Counted from the stretch's first letter, positions 10,568-21,159 are shown. The stretch: DNA of 64,000 bases from Candidatus Sulfomarinibacteraceae bacterium (GCA_963796455.1 CAWCLO010000004.1:384001-448000); one strand, 5' to 3'. The notes: a model not told the origin generated them from the letters alone. Numbers and translations are program-made.

Positions 10568-11830
10568 ATGGACAAACAAACGCGATCGATCGTATGGGGT
10601 CTCGTTGTCATCTTGGCGGTTGCGGGAATCGCTTCGGGAGCCAGGAAGGGCCGTCTGGTCGGGCGGGTCGTGGATGAAAACGACAAGCCCATCGAGGGAG
10701 TGACGGTGACCGCGACTTCGGATCAGGTCAACGGTTTCAACGAGGTTGAGGTGACCGACAAAAAGGGCGTCTTCAAGATCGACTTCGATGAAGTGAATGT
10801 GGTGTACAAATACCGGTTCGAAAAGGCCGGTTACCAGACGATGGTCACCCAACAGACCTGGCGGAAAGACGGAACGGCTCGTCACGATTTCACCATGTTT
10901 CCGGGACAATCAGCTGCGGTGGAGGACGGGGTGGTGGTTTCGACCTCGAGACCGGCGATCCAGGCCTTCCATGCCGGTGTCGCCTCCTTCGAGGAGGAAA
11001 TGTATGCGGATTCGGTGGCCAGGTTCCAGGAAGCGATTGAGCACGACCCCGAACTGGGTGCTGCTTGGGGAGCGCTGAGTGTTGCTCAGCTCCAGATGAA
11101 AAAATACGCCGAAGCCGCGCAGGCGGCCGAAAAGGCCATCGAGTTGGGTTCCACCACCGTGTTGGTTTATCAGACACGGTGGGAGGCTTACCGTAATCTC
11201 GGTGACGAGGCCAAGACGGCCGAGGCGCGCGAAGATCTGGAAAAGGCGGGGCGTCTGGCCGAGGAGGCCAAAAGGATCTACAACGAAGCCCTGGCCCTCA
11301 GAAAAGCCGGTGATTATGACGGCGCCTACGAGCTCTTCAAGGATGCGGTCGAGGCCGACCCGAATCTGGAGCTTGCGATTCTCGGGGTCGCCACCACCGC
11401 GCTCAAGACCGAGCGCCATGCCGAGGCGGCAGAGGCGGCGCAAAAACTTCTTGAAGACAACCCCAGTCACGAGCAGGCCTTGCGCATCCGGTATAACGCG
11501 GCACTGCAACTGGGCGACGAGGAGATGATCGTCGATGCGTTGGCCGAACTCGTAGTCGTCGAACCCGAAATGGTGCGCCAGAGCCTTTGGCGTCTCGCTT
11601 TGTCGGCGTACGACGCGAACGATATGGAGCGGGCGAAAACCCGGTTCGAAAAGGTTCTTGAAGTGGATCCCGGCAATGCTCAGTGCCACTACTTCCTGGG
11701 TCTTATCTACGTCAACGAAGAGGCCAACCAGCAGGCGATCAAACACCTGCAACGATTCGTCGAGCTGGCCCCGGACGACCCGGAGGCTGCGACGGCGACC
11801 GATCTGGTGGCGTATTTGGGTGGAAGTTGA
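10568..11830 (+). CDS. Carboxypeptidase-regulatory-like domain plus TPR protein
   Basis: AGGAGG RBS and signal peptide; GRLVGRVVDENDKPIEGVTV...TDKKGVF; multiple TPRs. Confidence 0.88.
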   Translation: MDKQTRSIVWGLVVILAVAGIASGARKGRLVGRVVDENDKPIEGVTVTATSDQVNGFNEVEVTDKKGVFKIDFDEVNVVYKYRFEKAGYQTMVTQQTWRKDGTARHDFTMFPGQSAAVEDGVVVSTSRPAIQAFHAGVASFEEEMYADSVARFQEAIEHDPELGAAWGALSVAQLQMKKYAEAAQAAEKAIELGSTTVLVYQTRWEAYRNLGDEAKTAEAREDLEKAGRLAEEAKRIYNEALALRKAGDYDGAYELFKDAVEADPNLELAILGVATTALKTERHAEAAEAAQKLLEDNPSHEQALRIRYNAALQLGDEEMIVDALAELVVVEPEMVRQSLWRLALSAYDANDMERAKTRFEKVLEVDPGNAQCHYFLGLIYVNEEANQQAIKHLQRFVELAPDDPEAATATDLVAYLGGS

Positions 11831-12348
11831 CGACCGACCTTCGACGGGTGATAAAAAGTGATTCTTATTTATTCCTTCTTATAGGCAGGTTTTGTCTCAT
11901 AATTTTTCTTTTATCGGGATCAGAAGAATTGATTTTAAATGAGATAACCATTTCTCTAGTTGAGAAAAGGCAATAGAATTCTGTCCAGAATATTGCAGAT
12001 TTGATCTCAACTGTGGCCAAAGATATTCCCCGCAATTTTCGAAGATCGCAAATGCAAGTATTTAAAGAAATACCTAATCTCAAAATCGACTCCGGAAAAT
12101 CGGTTTTCTTATCCGAAATTCCGAACAGATCCTCGGTAGTTTCCTAGGGCCCTCGCCTCCACTATTTCGTATTGGGGTGCGAAATGGGTCGATAGGAATA
12201 CTGGCAAGGGTCGTGTTCTGTAATCCTCTAAAATAATCAAGAGAAATGCTTTAACGCAGATCAGGGCCGCAGTAGATCGTATCTCCAATGTGGGATAGAT
12301 GTGGGTTGGGTGCGGTGGGGTCATGTTCCAAAGTATTTATCTCAAAAA

Positions 12349-12364
12349 AGGCATAGAAATTGCA
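12349..12364 (+). promoter_or_regulatory. Putative sigma-54 (-24/-12) promoter of the second TonB-dependent receptor
   Basis: AGGCATAGAAATTGCA is GG-N10-GC with TTGCA, downstream of a long AT-rich tract. Confidence 0.65.
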
Positions 12365-12583
12365 AACCAGTCCATGCAATGCGATCAATGCATCAGAGCA
12401 TCGAAACAGATTTCAACGCTGCGCGATGGGTCTGTCGACTTCATGTGCGCTGCGGTCGAAGAAAGGAGGGGGACTTCGACTGGCCGCGTGATTTCGGGGG
12501 TTAAAGATTCACGCGGTCCATGATTTGACGATTCGAGTATCGAAACAACTTATGAATCGTTTTTTTTTAAGGAGGAAGAGAAG

Positions 12584-15547
12584 ATGCGAAGAGGAAATTT
12601 GCTCATCGGCGCCCTCGCCATCATGTTGATGGTCGGCCTACCGGCAATGGCGCAAGAAACCACGGATGAAGAACAGAAGGCGATCGACGAAGCCATTCGC
12701 CAAGCCGAAGAACGCTCCTTTGAAGAGGAAATCACGATTACGGGATCCTTGATCCCCCGCGCTGACCTGACCGCACTGAGCCCGGTGACGGTAATGGAAG
12801 CCGAGAAGGAACTCACCTATTCGGGTATCACCCGGATCGAGGATCTGGTCGTCAGCCTGCCGCAGGTTTGGGCGGGTCAGAACTCGACCATCGCAAACGG
12901 TGCGACGGGTACGGCGACGATCAACCTTCGTCACCTCGGCACCAACCGGACCCTGGTCCTGATCAACGGCCGCCGTCTGGCGCCCGGTGATGCATCGGCG
13001 GTCTGGGCACCCGACATCAACGTTGTCCCGCAGGCCCTCGTCAAAAGGGTTGACGTACTGACCGGTGGTGCTTCGACGGTCTATGGTTCGGACGCTGTGG
13101 CTGGTGTGGTCAATTTCGTCATGGACACCGAGTTCGAGGGTGTCCGCGGTGGAGTGCAGTACAGCTTCTTCAACCACAACAACAACAACATGACGGCCCG
13201 CGAGATCAATGAAGCCAGAGGCTTCGACGTTCCGATGGGTTCAACCAACGACGGCTACATGTGGAACGCCAACGTGGCGGTTGGCGGCAAGTTCGCTGAC
13301 GGCAAGGGCCATGCAGCCGCGTACATCACCTACCGCAACATCGATGCGGTTCTCAAGGGTGATCGCGACTACGTGAACTGTGCGGTGAGCGCCGGTTCGA
13401 GCGGTCCGTCGTGCGGTGGTTCCTCGACCAGCCCCCAGGGTCGATTCACCGCCTTCGACGCCGACGGTGGCCGGATCGGTGACTTCCTCCTGCACTGGCA
13501 AGAAGACGGTGGCGACGGCCACTCCTTCAGGGAACGGACATCTGCCGATGTCTTCAACTACGCGCCGTTCAACCACCTCCAGCGTCCCGACACCAAGTGG
13601 AACGCCGGTACCTTCGCCCACTACACGATCAACGACCACTTCGAGCCCTATATCGAAGCGATGTTCATGACCAATTACACCGATGCGCAGATCGCGCCGT
13701 CGGGCAACTTCAACCGGGTCTCCCGCATCAATTGCGACAACCCGATGCTCTCCGACCAGCAGCGCAATATCCTCTGCGGACCGGGCACCGGCTACGAGCC
13801 GACCGACTATGCTTCGTCCTGGATCTTCCGCCGCAACGTCGAGGGTGGTGCGCGGACCAATCAGCTCGCCCACGACAATTACCGCCTGGTGGCCGGTTTG
13901 CGTGGCGACATCAACGACACCTGGGCCTATGACTTCTACTTCCTGACCGCCCAGAACCACCAGTTCGAGTCGTATATCAACGACCTCAACGTCGATCGCA
14001 TTCGCAACGCGCTGGATGTGGTCGGCGATCCCGACGACCCGGCCACCTGGGAGTGCCGTACCGGTGGCGACTGCGTGCCCTGGAACATCTTCCAGGAAGG
14101 CGCCGTGACCCAGGATGCGATCGACTACATCTCGACCGTTGCGGTCATGTACGGCCGCACCGAGACCCAGGTTGCCAACCTGACCGTCACCTCCGACTGG
14201 GAAGACTACGGAATCACGATTCCCAGCGCCAGCGAGGGTGTGCAGGTCGCGATCGGTGCCGAGTACCGCAAACAGAAGCTCATGAACCAGCCCGACGAGG
14301 TTTATCTCAACGGTCTCCGTGCCGGTTCGGGTGGTCTGACACCCAAGGTCGACGGTGAGATCTCCGTCAGCGAGCTCTTCCTCGAGTTCCTGGTTCCGTT
14401 GGTCCAGGATGTGCGCGGCGTGCGCGACCTCTCCCTCGAGCTCGGCTACCGATATTCCGACTACAGCACCTCCGGCGGATTCAACACCTGGAAAGTCCAG
14501 GGCACCTGGGCGCCGACCGAGAGCTGGCGTTTCCGCGCCGGATACAACCGTGCGGTCCGTGCCGCCAACATCTGGGAGCTCCTCCGTCCACAGGGCTTTG
14601 GTCTTGGTGGATCCGAGGACATCTGCGCCGGTGACAATCCTTCGGCGACGCTCGAACAGTGCCGGAACACCGGCGTGACCGATTCCCAGTACGGACAGAT
14701 CTTCCCGAACCCCGCCGACCAGTACAATACGCTTGCCGGTGGTAACCCGAATCTGACACCCGAGGTTGCCGACACCCTGACCGCGGGCGTTGTTTGGACG
14801 CCTCAGAGCATCGCGGGGATGTCCGCGACCCTTGATTACTACAACATCGACATCACAAATGCGGTCGGTTCCCTGGGTGCCGATGACATCATCCAGACCT
14901 GCGCAACCACTGGTGATCCCGTGCTTTGCGGTCTGATTCACCGCGACAGCCAGGGTACCCTGTGGGCTACCCAGGATGCCTACACCGAGACCACAAACCA
15001 GAATATCGGACGGTTGGTCGGCGAGGGCGTCGACCTCAACTTCTCCTATCTCGTCGGCCTCGGTAATGCGGGATATCTGCCGATCAACATGACCGGAACC
15101 TACATGCTGCAGAACCGCTTCACGAATCCGTTGACCGACTATGACTGCGTCGGCTACTACGGATTCCAGTGCGGCCAGCCGGACTCGGTGTGGCGCCACA
15201 AGGTTCGTGGAACCTGGGAGACCAACTTCAACATGAATGTGTCGCTCAACTGGCGCTATATGGGTGGAGCGGACATCGACGATGCCAGCTCGAACCCGAG
15301 CATCGGCAACCCGGGCAACATGGACACCTGGATCGCCAACGGCGTCGACAAGACCCGCGCCTACAACTGGTTCGACCTGTCGGCCTCCTACACCCTGAAG
15401 AGCGGCATCCGCTTCGTCCTCGGTATCAACAACATCTTCGACGAAGAACCGCCGCTGATGCCGGGTCTCGCCGACGAGATCAACCTCTATGCGTCTTACG
15501 ATCCGCTCGGTCGGTACATCTTCACGAGCGTTGCTTTCGACTTCTAA
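12584..15547 (+). CDS. TonB-dependent receptor (plug plus beta-barrel)
   Basis: TonB box EEITITGS; plug INLRHLGTNRTLVLINGRR and RVDVLTGGASTVYGSDAVAGVVNF; C-terminal YDPLGRYIFTSVAFDF. Confidence 0.95.
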   Translation: MRRGNLLIGALAIMLMVGLPAMAQETTDEEQKAIDEAIRQAEERSFEEEITITGSLIPRADLTALSPVTVMEAEKELTYSGITRIEDLVVSLPQVWAGQNSTIANGATGTATINLRHLGTNRTLVLINGRRLAPGDASAVWAPDINVVPQALVKRVDVLTGGASTVYGSDAVAGVVNFVMDTEFEGVRGGVQYSFFNHNNNNMTAREINEARGFDVPMGSTNDGYMWNANVAVGGKFADGKGHAAAYITYRNIDAVLKGDRDYVNCAVSAGSSGPSCGGSSTSPQGRFTAFDADGGRIGDFLLHWQEDGGDGHSFRERTSADVFNYAPFNHLQRPDTKWNAGTFAHYTINDHFEPYIEAMFMTNYTDAQIAPSGNFNRVSRINCDNPMLSDQQRNILCGPGTGYEPTDYASSWIFRRNVEGGARTNQLAHDNYRLVAGLRGDINDTWAYDFYFLTAQNHQFESYINDLNVDRIRNALDVVGDPDDPATWECRTGGDCVPWNIFQEGAVTQDAIDYISTVAVMYGRTETQVANLTVTSDWEDYGITIPSASEGVQVAIGAEYRKQKLMNQPDEVYLNGLRAGSGGLTPKVDGEISVSELFLEFLVPLVQDVRGVRDLSLELGYRYSDYSTSGGFNTWKVQGTWAPTESWRFRAGYNRAVRAANIWELLRPQGFGLGGSEDICAGDNPSATLEQCRNTGVTDSQYGQIFPNPADQYNTLAGGNPNLTPEVADTLTAGVVWTPQSIAGMSATLDYYNIDITNAVGSLGADDIIQTCATTGDPVLCGLIHRDSQGTLWATQDAYTETTNQNIGRLVGEGVDLNFSYLVGLGNAGYLPINMTGTYMLQNRFTNPLTDYDCVGYYGFQCGQPDSVWRHKVRGTWETNFNMNVSLNWRYMGGADIDDASSNPSIGNPGNMDTWIANGVDKTRAYNWFDLSASYTLKSGIRFVLGINNIFDEEPPLMPGLADEINLYASYDPLGRYIFTSVAFDF

Positions 15548-15572
15548 TCTCAACAGCCTTCAGGCTGAAACC

Positions 15573-15602
15573 GGCGGTCCCTTCGGGGACCGCCTTTTTT
15601 TT
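15573..15602 (+). terminator. Rho-independent terminator
   Basis: GGCGGTCCC-TTCG-GGGACCGCC followed by T8. Confidence 0.92.
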
Positions 15603-15646
15603 GTCCGTCGTAGAATCATTGAACGGAGAGAATCGTGGAGCGTCTC

Positions 15647-16075
15647 ATGGGTCCCTTGAAGAAGTCATTGCCGCTTTTGATCGTCGGATCGTACGTGCTC
15701 GCAGGGTGTGCGACGACGCCGGTTGGTGAAGAAAAGGGTGGTGACGACATTGCTGCGCGTGAATGCTTCAATGTACGAGATGTGAGAAGCCTCTCGGCCG
15801 TCACCGACCGTTTCGTACTCGCGCACTGCGTGCGGAGCGGACACTTCCTCCTCACCATGGAACCAGCTTGTCTCGGTCTCGAAGACTCGTCGAGATTCAT
15901 GGTCTCGAATGAGTTCAACCGGGTCTGTTCAAACTTTGGGGCCACCCTGACTTACCGATATTTTGATCAAACCCGGTCGTGCCGCATTCTGAATGTTGAG
16001 GCTGTTGAGGGTCGTGAGGCGGCGCAAGAGATAGTCGCTCGCCGCTCAGGTTCCGAGGTGCCCCCGGAGCGTTAG
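15647..16075 (+). CDS. Lipoprotein, DUF6491-like
   Basis: Lipobox LAGC; CFNVRDVRS...CLGL...VC...CRI cysteine pattern. Confidence 0.7.
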   Translation: MGPLKKSLPLLIVGSYVLAGCATTPVGEEKGGDDIAARECFNVRDVRSLSAVTDRFVLAHCVRSGHFLLTMEPACLGLEDSSRFMVSNEFNRVCSNFGATLTYRYFDQTRSCRILNVEAVEGREAAQEIVARRSGSEVPPER

Positions 16076-16096
16076 TCCGCGATTCTTACAAGCTGT

Positions 16097-16789
16097 TTAC
16101 TGAGCCCGCTTCTTGGCTCGTTCGAGCTCGCGTCGGAGGATCCGTGCCTGGTCGCGCGCCCATCGCTGGACGTCGTTCCACACGGTGGCCGAGGTGGTGG
16201 GTGAAGCGCTGACGTCGTTCATGCGGCCGGGCGGTTGGATTCTGCGGCGCTCGGCGACGCGTGCCTGAATGACGCCGGTCTCAGCATCGATCAGTTCGAA
16301 AACCATGGTCGCCTCGCCGACAGCGTTGAGGTGGACATTGCCGCTGCGGCCGACGTTCGGCGGCACATTGGAGACGATATCGAGCACCGCGGCTCGAACA
16401 AGCAAGACTCCGGGTCCGATCGAGTCAGCCACCTCGAAGGTATTGCTACGTCCCAATTCGGCGACGATCGCCTCGCTCACAACGCCTTCGAACCGGGTTC
16501 GTGAATCGTCTGAGATCGTAAAGGGCCCCGAACCGCCGTCGCGCAACATCTGGGTCGTGGTACCGCCGGTGTTGTCGACCGCGCGGAACTGAAAGACCGC
16601 ACTCCACATGTAGAGTTTTTCGTAGCGGGTGATATCCGCATCGGGATGAACCCAGGTGCCCTGGAACTGACCCTTTTCCTCGACAAGGTCATCTTCACCC
16701 GTGATATGGATTCCGGTGGTTTCTTCCTGCGCGAAAGGGCTTCCGGCCACAAGGATTATCGCCACAAAAAGAGATGCTGCATTTTTCAT
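16097..16789 (-). CDS. DUF3313-like secreted protein
   Basis: Signal peptide; PGVLLVRAAVLDI...GEATMVFELIDAETGVIQARVAERR...W motif. Confidence 0.72.
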   Translation of the reverse strand: MKNAASLFVAIILVAGSPFAQEETTGIHITGEDDLVEEKGQFQGTWVHPDADITRYEKLYMWSAVFQFRAVDNTGGTTTQMLRDGGSGPFTISDDSRTRFEGVVSEAIVAELGRSNTFEVADSIGPGVLLVRAAVLDIVSNVPPNVGRSGNVHLNAVGEATMVFELIDAETGVIQARVAERRRIQPPGRMNDVSASPTTSATVWNDVQRWARDQARILRRELERAKKRAQ

Positions 16790-16889
16790 GCTGATTCCTC
16801 CGGCACCGTGATCATCGCGTTGTGCTCGGCCCATAGTGCCGTTTCAAGAACCCTTCGTCAATTGCGAATACCTTCTCCCGGTGGAGGTG

Positions 16890-17840
16890 TCATCTGGCGA
16901 CAGGGGCCGCCGCGGTTTGCAGGTCGTAGAGAACCTTTTCTTCCCCGTGTTTATCGATCAGACCCTGGAAATGTTTGATCAGCTTGTCCTTCCGCCGAAT
17001 GAGATTCGACATCTCATGACGCTCGAGGTATGGATCGAGTCGGGTACGAAGGGTTTCTTCCTCAATGTCCTGGAGGGCGCTCCATAGCCGGCGTTCGCAG
17101 CGATTCAATCTGTCAGGGGTCCGGAGGCGGGATGACTGTCTGAAGGCACGGCTGTGATCGATGAGCCAGAGAGTCCAATCGCTGCCGAACAGGAGATTGC
17201 CCTGGTTTCGATCGGAGTTGGCAATCAGATTGTCAAAAACCCACATGATCTCCTTCTGCTGGTTGAAGTAGGGCACATCCGGCGGATGGAATCGATCTTC
17301 CTCGATCAGCACGATCTCGGGCTTGGTGCCCTCCAGCCAGATCTGGAGCGTTCCTTCCTCGTCGCCGACCGTGCGCTCGACAACCGGCGGTACGCGGTTC
17401 AGACCGAGCAGTTGGCTGAGTTCATAGGCGGCGCTTTCAAAGATGGCCGAATCCCGGTACTCCTTTGGCCCCCGTCTCGAGCCACCGGCCGCTTCGGCCC
17501 GGACTCTCACGTCGATCATCCTGAACGCGGCGTGGAATTGCACACCGCCGCTTTCGAGCAGAACCTTCTCGACTCCTGCGACGCCGCGACCGATCTTCTC
17601 CCGGCTCAAAACCCGACCTGAAAGCAGGGCCTTCCGGATGGAGGCGTGGTCCTGAAACGGGAGAGGACGGCCGTCGCTGTCGAGGTATTCGAAGGACGGA
17701 CCCACAACATCGTCATCTCCCGTTTCGGCGGGTGCACCGGGATCCGTTGGTGGGTCTCCCGCGAAACCCGCGATCGGAACACACATCCCAGCTGAAAGTA
17801 GCAACACCGGCAATATGGATCTGGCATATTTGAGATTCAT
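16890..17840 (-). CDS. Secreted PI3/4-kinase- or HipA-like atypical kinase
   Basis: Signal peptide; ESAAYELSQLLGLNRVPPVVER, GTLQIWL, FDNLIANSDRNQGNLL and LIDHSRAF motifs. Confidence 0.75.
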   Translation of the reverse strand: MNLKYARSILPVLLLSAGMCVPIAGFAGDPPTDPGAPAETGDDDVVGPSFEYLDSDGRPLPFQDHASIRKALLSGRVLSREKIGRGVAGVEKVLLESGGVQFHAAFRMIDVRVRAEAAGGSRRGPKEYRDSAIFESAAYELSQLLGLNRVPPVVERTVGDEEGTLQIWLEGTKPEIVLIEEDRFHPPDVPYFNQQKEIMWVFDNLIANSDRNQGNLLFGSDWTLWLIDHSRAFRQSSRLRTPDRLNRCERRLWSALQDIEEETLRTRLDPYLERHEMSNLIRRKDKLIKHFQGLIDKHGEEKVLYDLQTAAAPVAR

Positions 17841-17938
17841 AATTCGTCTCCCGCTCGCCCCCATCTTATTTGTTTGACGTTGTGCGTTTGATTGACGTTT
17901 ATAACCGGCGCGAATTGTCTGCTATTTCCTCTGTCGTG

Positions 17939-19480
17939 TCAGAGTCTCGCCATCAGGGCCGCATAAATCTCGATGCCGAGCCACAGATTCTTGATCCTCA
18001 GATTTTCGTTAGGGGCGTGCTGATTGTTGTCGTGGTTGGCGATGGGCACGACGACGATCGGTGGTTGCCCGAGATTCTCAGAAAAAACCGTCAGCGGAAG
18101 GCTTCCACCCATATTGGGCGTAAGTACGATCGGTCCTTCCACTGCCTCGTCCACGATCCGCGCGACCGCTCTGGAGATGGGCAGATCCATATCCGTGAAC
18201 AGGGCGGGGTAGCCCATCTTCCAGGTCAGATAGAGCAGCCGTTCGTGATTCTTCCGGGTATCTTCGTCGGGCTCCGTGAAGACGATGTGCCAACCCTGTT
18301 CAGTGATGTGCCGTTCCACGGCGGTCCGAACGGCCTCCGGGGTCACGTCCGGAACGAGGCGGAATCCGACCACGGCCCGGGCGATGGGGGAGATGGCGTT
18401 CTTGGCCTTGGCACCGACAGCTCCGACGGAGAAACCCAGCAAGTTGATGGCGGGGCGGGTGACCCGCTCGGCCAGTGCAATTGGTTGTCCTTCGGTCCAT
18501 CCCAACACAAGATCGTGTCGAAGTCCGGAGTCCACTTCAGGGGCTGCATCGATGGCTTTCCGGGCGGTGGGCCCGGGCGGGCGCACAAGATCGTCGATGC
18601 CGGCCACAAGCAGATTTCCGTCGGCATCCCGCATCGAGGTGATGAGTCGGGCCAGTTGCATTCCGGGGTCGGGTGCCCAGTTTCCATAGTGGCCCGAGTG
18701 GAGCCCGACGGCCGCGCCGAAAGCGGTCATGTGGACGGAGGTCACGCCGCGGACGCCGAAAACCACCTGCGGCAAACGGGTCTGGTGCATGGGCCCGTCG
18801 CAGAAGACCCACAGATCTGCGGCCACGAGATCCTTGTTGGATCGTAGGATTTCGGCGATGTGCGGAGAGCCTCGCTCTTCTTCGCCGTCGAGGAGAATCT
18901 TGATATTGACGCCGGGCTGGATTCCGGCGGCGTCGAGAGCATCCAGGGCGGTCAGCAGAGCCACGATCGAGACCTTGTCGTCCGAGGCCGATCGGCCATA
19001 GAGCCGCCACTCCGGATCGACGGGCGACTCGAGGGAGGCAAGCGGTACGGCAGCGGCGCCATCTTCCAATCGACCCTTTCTGACGACCACTTCGAATGGA
19101 TCGCTCTGCCAAAGCTCCGGAACGACGGGCTGTCCGTCATAGTGGGCGTAGAAAATCACCGTCTTTTCGGTGCCGGCACTGGAGCGCTCGCCAAAAACCA
19201 CCGGTGGGCTGCCCTGGGCGCGGAACATCTGAACCTCGAGCTCTCGCGCCTCAAAGAGTCGTGCCAGGTGGCGGGCGTTTGATTCCATGTCTTCGAGGTC
19301 GGCAGCTGCGTTGGGGAGAGCCACCAGGGTGGCCAGTTCGTGGACGATTTTGATCTCGTTTTGGGATCGGAAAGCATCGACGGCCTTCCGGACATCGGCG
19401 CTGCTCGGTTCGCCCGCGCCAACCGGGGCGCAGATGAAGAGCACGAACAGGGTGAGAACGGCGGTTTGCCGGTGTTTCAT
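17939..19480 (-). CDS. M20/M25/M40 family metallo-hydrolase (peptidase)
   Basis: YAHYDGQP, YGRSASDDK, DGEEERGS, LHSGHYG and HAPNEN motifs. Confidence 0.93.
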   Translation of the reverse strand: MKHRQTAVLTLFVLFICAPVGAGEPSSADVRKAVDAFRSQNEIKIVHELATLVALPNAAADLEDMESNARHLARLFEARELEVQMFRAQGSPPVVFGERSSAGTEKTVIFYAHYDGQPVVPELWQSDPFEVVVRKGRLEDGAAAVPLASLESPVDPEWRLYGRSASDDKVSIVALLTALDALDAAGIQPGVNIKILLDGEEERGSPHIAEILRSNKDLVAADLWVFCDGPMHQTRLPQVVFGVRGVTSVHMTAFGAAVGLHSGHYGNWAPDPGMQLARLITSMRDADGNLLVAGIDDLVRPPGPTARKAIDAAPEVDSGLRHDLVLGWTEGQPIALAERVTRPAINLLGFSVGAVGAKAKNAISPIARAVVGFRLVPDVTPEAVRTAVERHITEQGWHIVFTEPDEDTRKNHERLLYLTWKMGYPALFTDMDLPISRAVARIVDEAVEGPIVLTPNMGGSLPLTVFSENLGQPPIVVVPIANHDNNQHAPNENLRIKNLWLGIEIYAALMARL

Positions 19481-21159
19481 CGTGCGACCTCGGCCAGCGC
19501 TCGCTCCCTTTCATCTTCGAATTCGTCTCCCGGATACCAGGTCGGCATCTGATCGGCGTTGGCAACGGCCAGGGCAAGCTCGAATCCGAGGAGGGCGTCT
19601 TCTACAACTCCGTCGTAGACCCAGCTGTCTTCCACCTCATCTGATGGTTGGTGGTAGATATTCTGGATCCACTCGGCGTCACGTGCTTCTCCCCACCCTT
19701 CCGGCCGATCGATGAAATCGGTGCCCGATTTGAACCAGATGGCGGGCACCCCGATGCGTGCGAAATTGAATTGGTCCGAACGGTAGTACCACCCGGCACG
19801 AAGGTCCTTTTCGCCGATCAGATATCTGTCCTGTTTGGCAGCCGCCTCGGCCAGGAGATCCTCGAGGGTTGATTTGCCTTTGCCAAAGACGGTCACGGCC
19901 CGGGTCCGGCCCCAGATGTTTCCGAGCTCGAAATTGATGTTTGCGGCGATCCTGCCTGGTGGCACGCTCGGGTGGAGGCCATAGTATTTCGAACCGATCA
20001 GCCCCTGTTCCTCGGCGGCAAAAAACAGCACGAGCACGCTCCGTCGCGGCGCCTCGGGGAGCGAGGAGATTGCCTCGGCCACTGCCAATGTCTCCGCCAT
20101 GGCGATCCCGTTGTCCCGTGCGCCGTTGTAAATCCGATCTCCGGTCCCGTCGGGCTCTCCGATGCCGAAATGATCGTGGTGTGCCGAGAGGACGAGGACC
20201 TCGTCTGTCAGGTCGGGATCGGACCCGGGCAAGATGCCGCCGACATTGGCAGTCACGGTTTGTCGGATCGAGGCCTCGAGATTCAGAGAGGTGGAGGCGC
20301 CGAGTTTGACCGGCTGGAACTCACGGGTTCTGGCGGATGCGACGAGATCCGCCAGGTCGTGCCCGCCAAGTTCGACGAGGCGAGTGGCGGCCTCTTCGGT
20401 CAGCCAGGCTTTGATGCCGAGTCTCGACTCGTCGCCGGTCGGCACCTCGAACTGCTCGCCGTTCCAGCCCGTTTGCACGACCTGCCAGGGATATCCTGCC
20501 GACGGTGTGGTGTGGATGATGATCGCACCGGCCGCACCTTGTCTGGCGGCGCTCTCATATTTGTAGGTCCAGCGGCCGTAATACAGTTTGCGTTCGCCGG
20601 CAAAGAGATCGGGGTCCCACTCGGGATCATCGTTGAGCATCAGCAGGATTTTCCCCTCGAGGTCGGCGTCTTTGAAATCGTCCCAGGTTTCTTCGGGGGC
20701 TTCGATGCCATAACCGACGAAGACGACCTCGGCGTTCTCGATCATCGTGGAGGCCTGCTGGGTGCCAATCGAGCCCATGTATTCGTCCCATCGCCGGAAG
20801 GAAATCTCGTTGCCCTCTCTGTTTGCAAAGGTCCACAGATCCGGCAGCTCGGTGGTCACCCCGAGCATCGATATCGGTTGTTCCCAACCGTTGTCGCCAA
20901 ACGCGGGCTGATATCCGGCCTTTTGCAAACGCCTCGCGAGCTCGGCGCGGGCCCGTCGGTCGCCATCGGTCCCCGGACCGCGGCCCTCCATTTCATCGGA
21001 TGCGAGCACGGTCACGGCCTCGCGGAGGTATTCAGCCTGGATCACCCCGGCTCCCGTCAGCGTGGTCTCTTCGGATCTGGAATCGGGTGCCTGTTGCGGG
21101 GCACCGCAGGCAAAGCTCATGAGGAGGATCAAACACGGCAACAAGGTTTCTTTCTTCAT
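19477..21159 (-). CDS. M28 family peptidase with PA domain, lipoprotein
   Basis: LASDEMEGRGPG, FVGYGI, SAHHDH, NGARDN, AEEQGLIGS, RSDQFNF and YHQPSD motifs. Confidence 0.93.
   Translation of the reverse strand: MKKETLLPCLILLMSFACGAPQQAPDSRSEETTLTGAGVIQAEYLREAVTVLASDEMEGRGPGTDGDRRARAELARRLQKAGYQPAFGDNGWEQPISMLGVTTELPDLWTFANREGNEISFRRWDEYMGSIGTQQASTMIENAEVVFVGYGIEAPEETWDDFKDADLEGKILLMLNDDPEWDPDLFAGERKLYYGRWTYKYESAARQGAAGAIIIHTTPSAGYPWQVVQTGWNGEQFEVPTGDESRLGIKAWLTEEAATRLVELGGHDLADLVASARTREFQPVKLGASTSLNLEASIRQTVTANVGGILPGSDPDLTDEVLVLSAHHDHFGIGEPDGTGDRIYNGARDNGIAMAETLAVAEAISSLPEAPRRSVLVLFFAAEEQGLIGSKYYGLHPSVPPGRIAANINFELGNIWGRTRAVTVFGKGKSTLEDLLAEAAAKQDRYLIGEKDLRAGWYYRSDQFNFARIGVPAIWFKSGTDFIDRPEGWGEARDAEWIQNIYHQPSDEVEDSWVYDGVVEDALLGFELALAVANADQMPTWYPGDEFEDERERALAEVAR

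Noticed and set aside
12130..12540. Cobalamin or other riboswitch ahead of the TonB-dependent receptor
   Set aside because: I could not find a B12 box, TPP or other consensus by eye. An Rfam scan would be decisive.
13241..15553. 770 aa antisense ORF, and similar ones at 1231-2859, 26977-28569, 58628-59965 and 61548-62702
   Set aside because: These are shadow frames opposite well-supported genes, expected from high-GC codon bias. They have no motifs or RBS.
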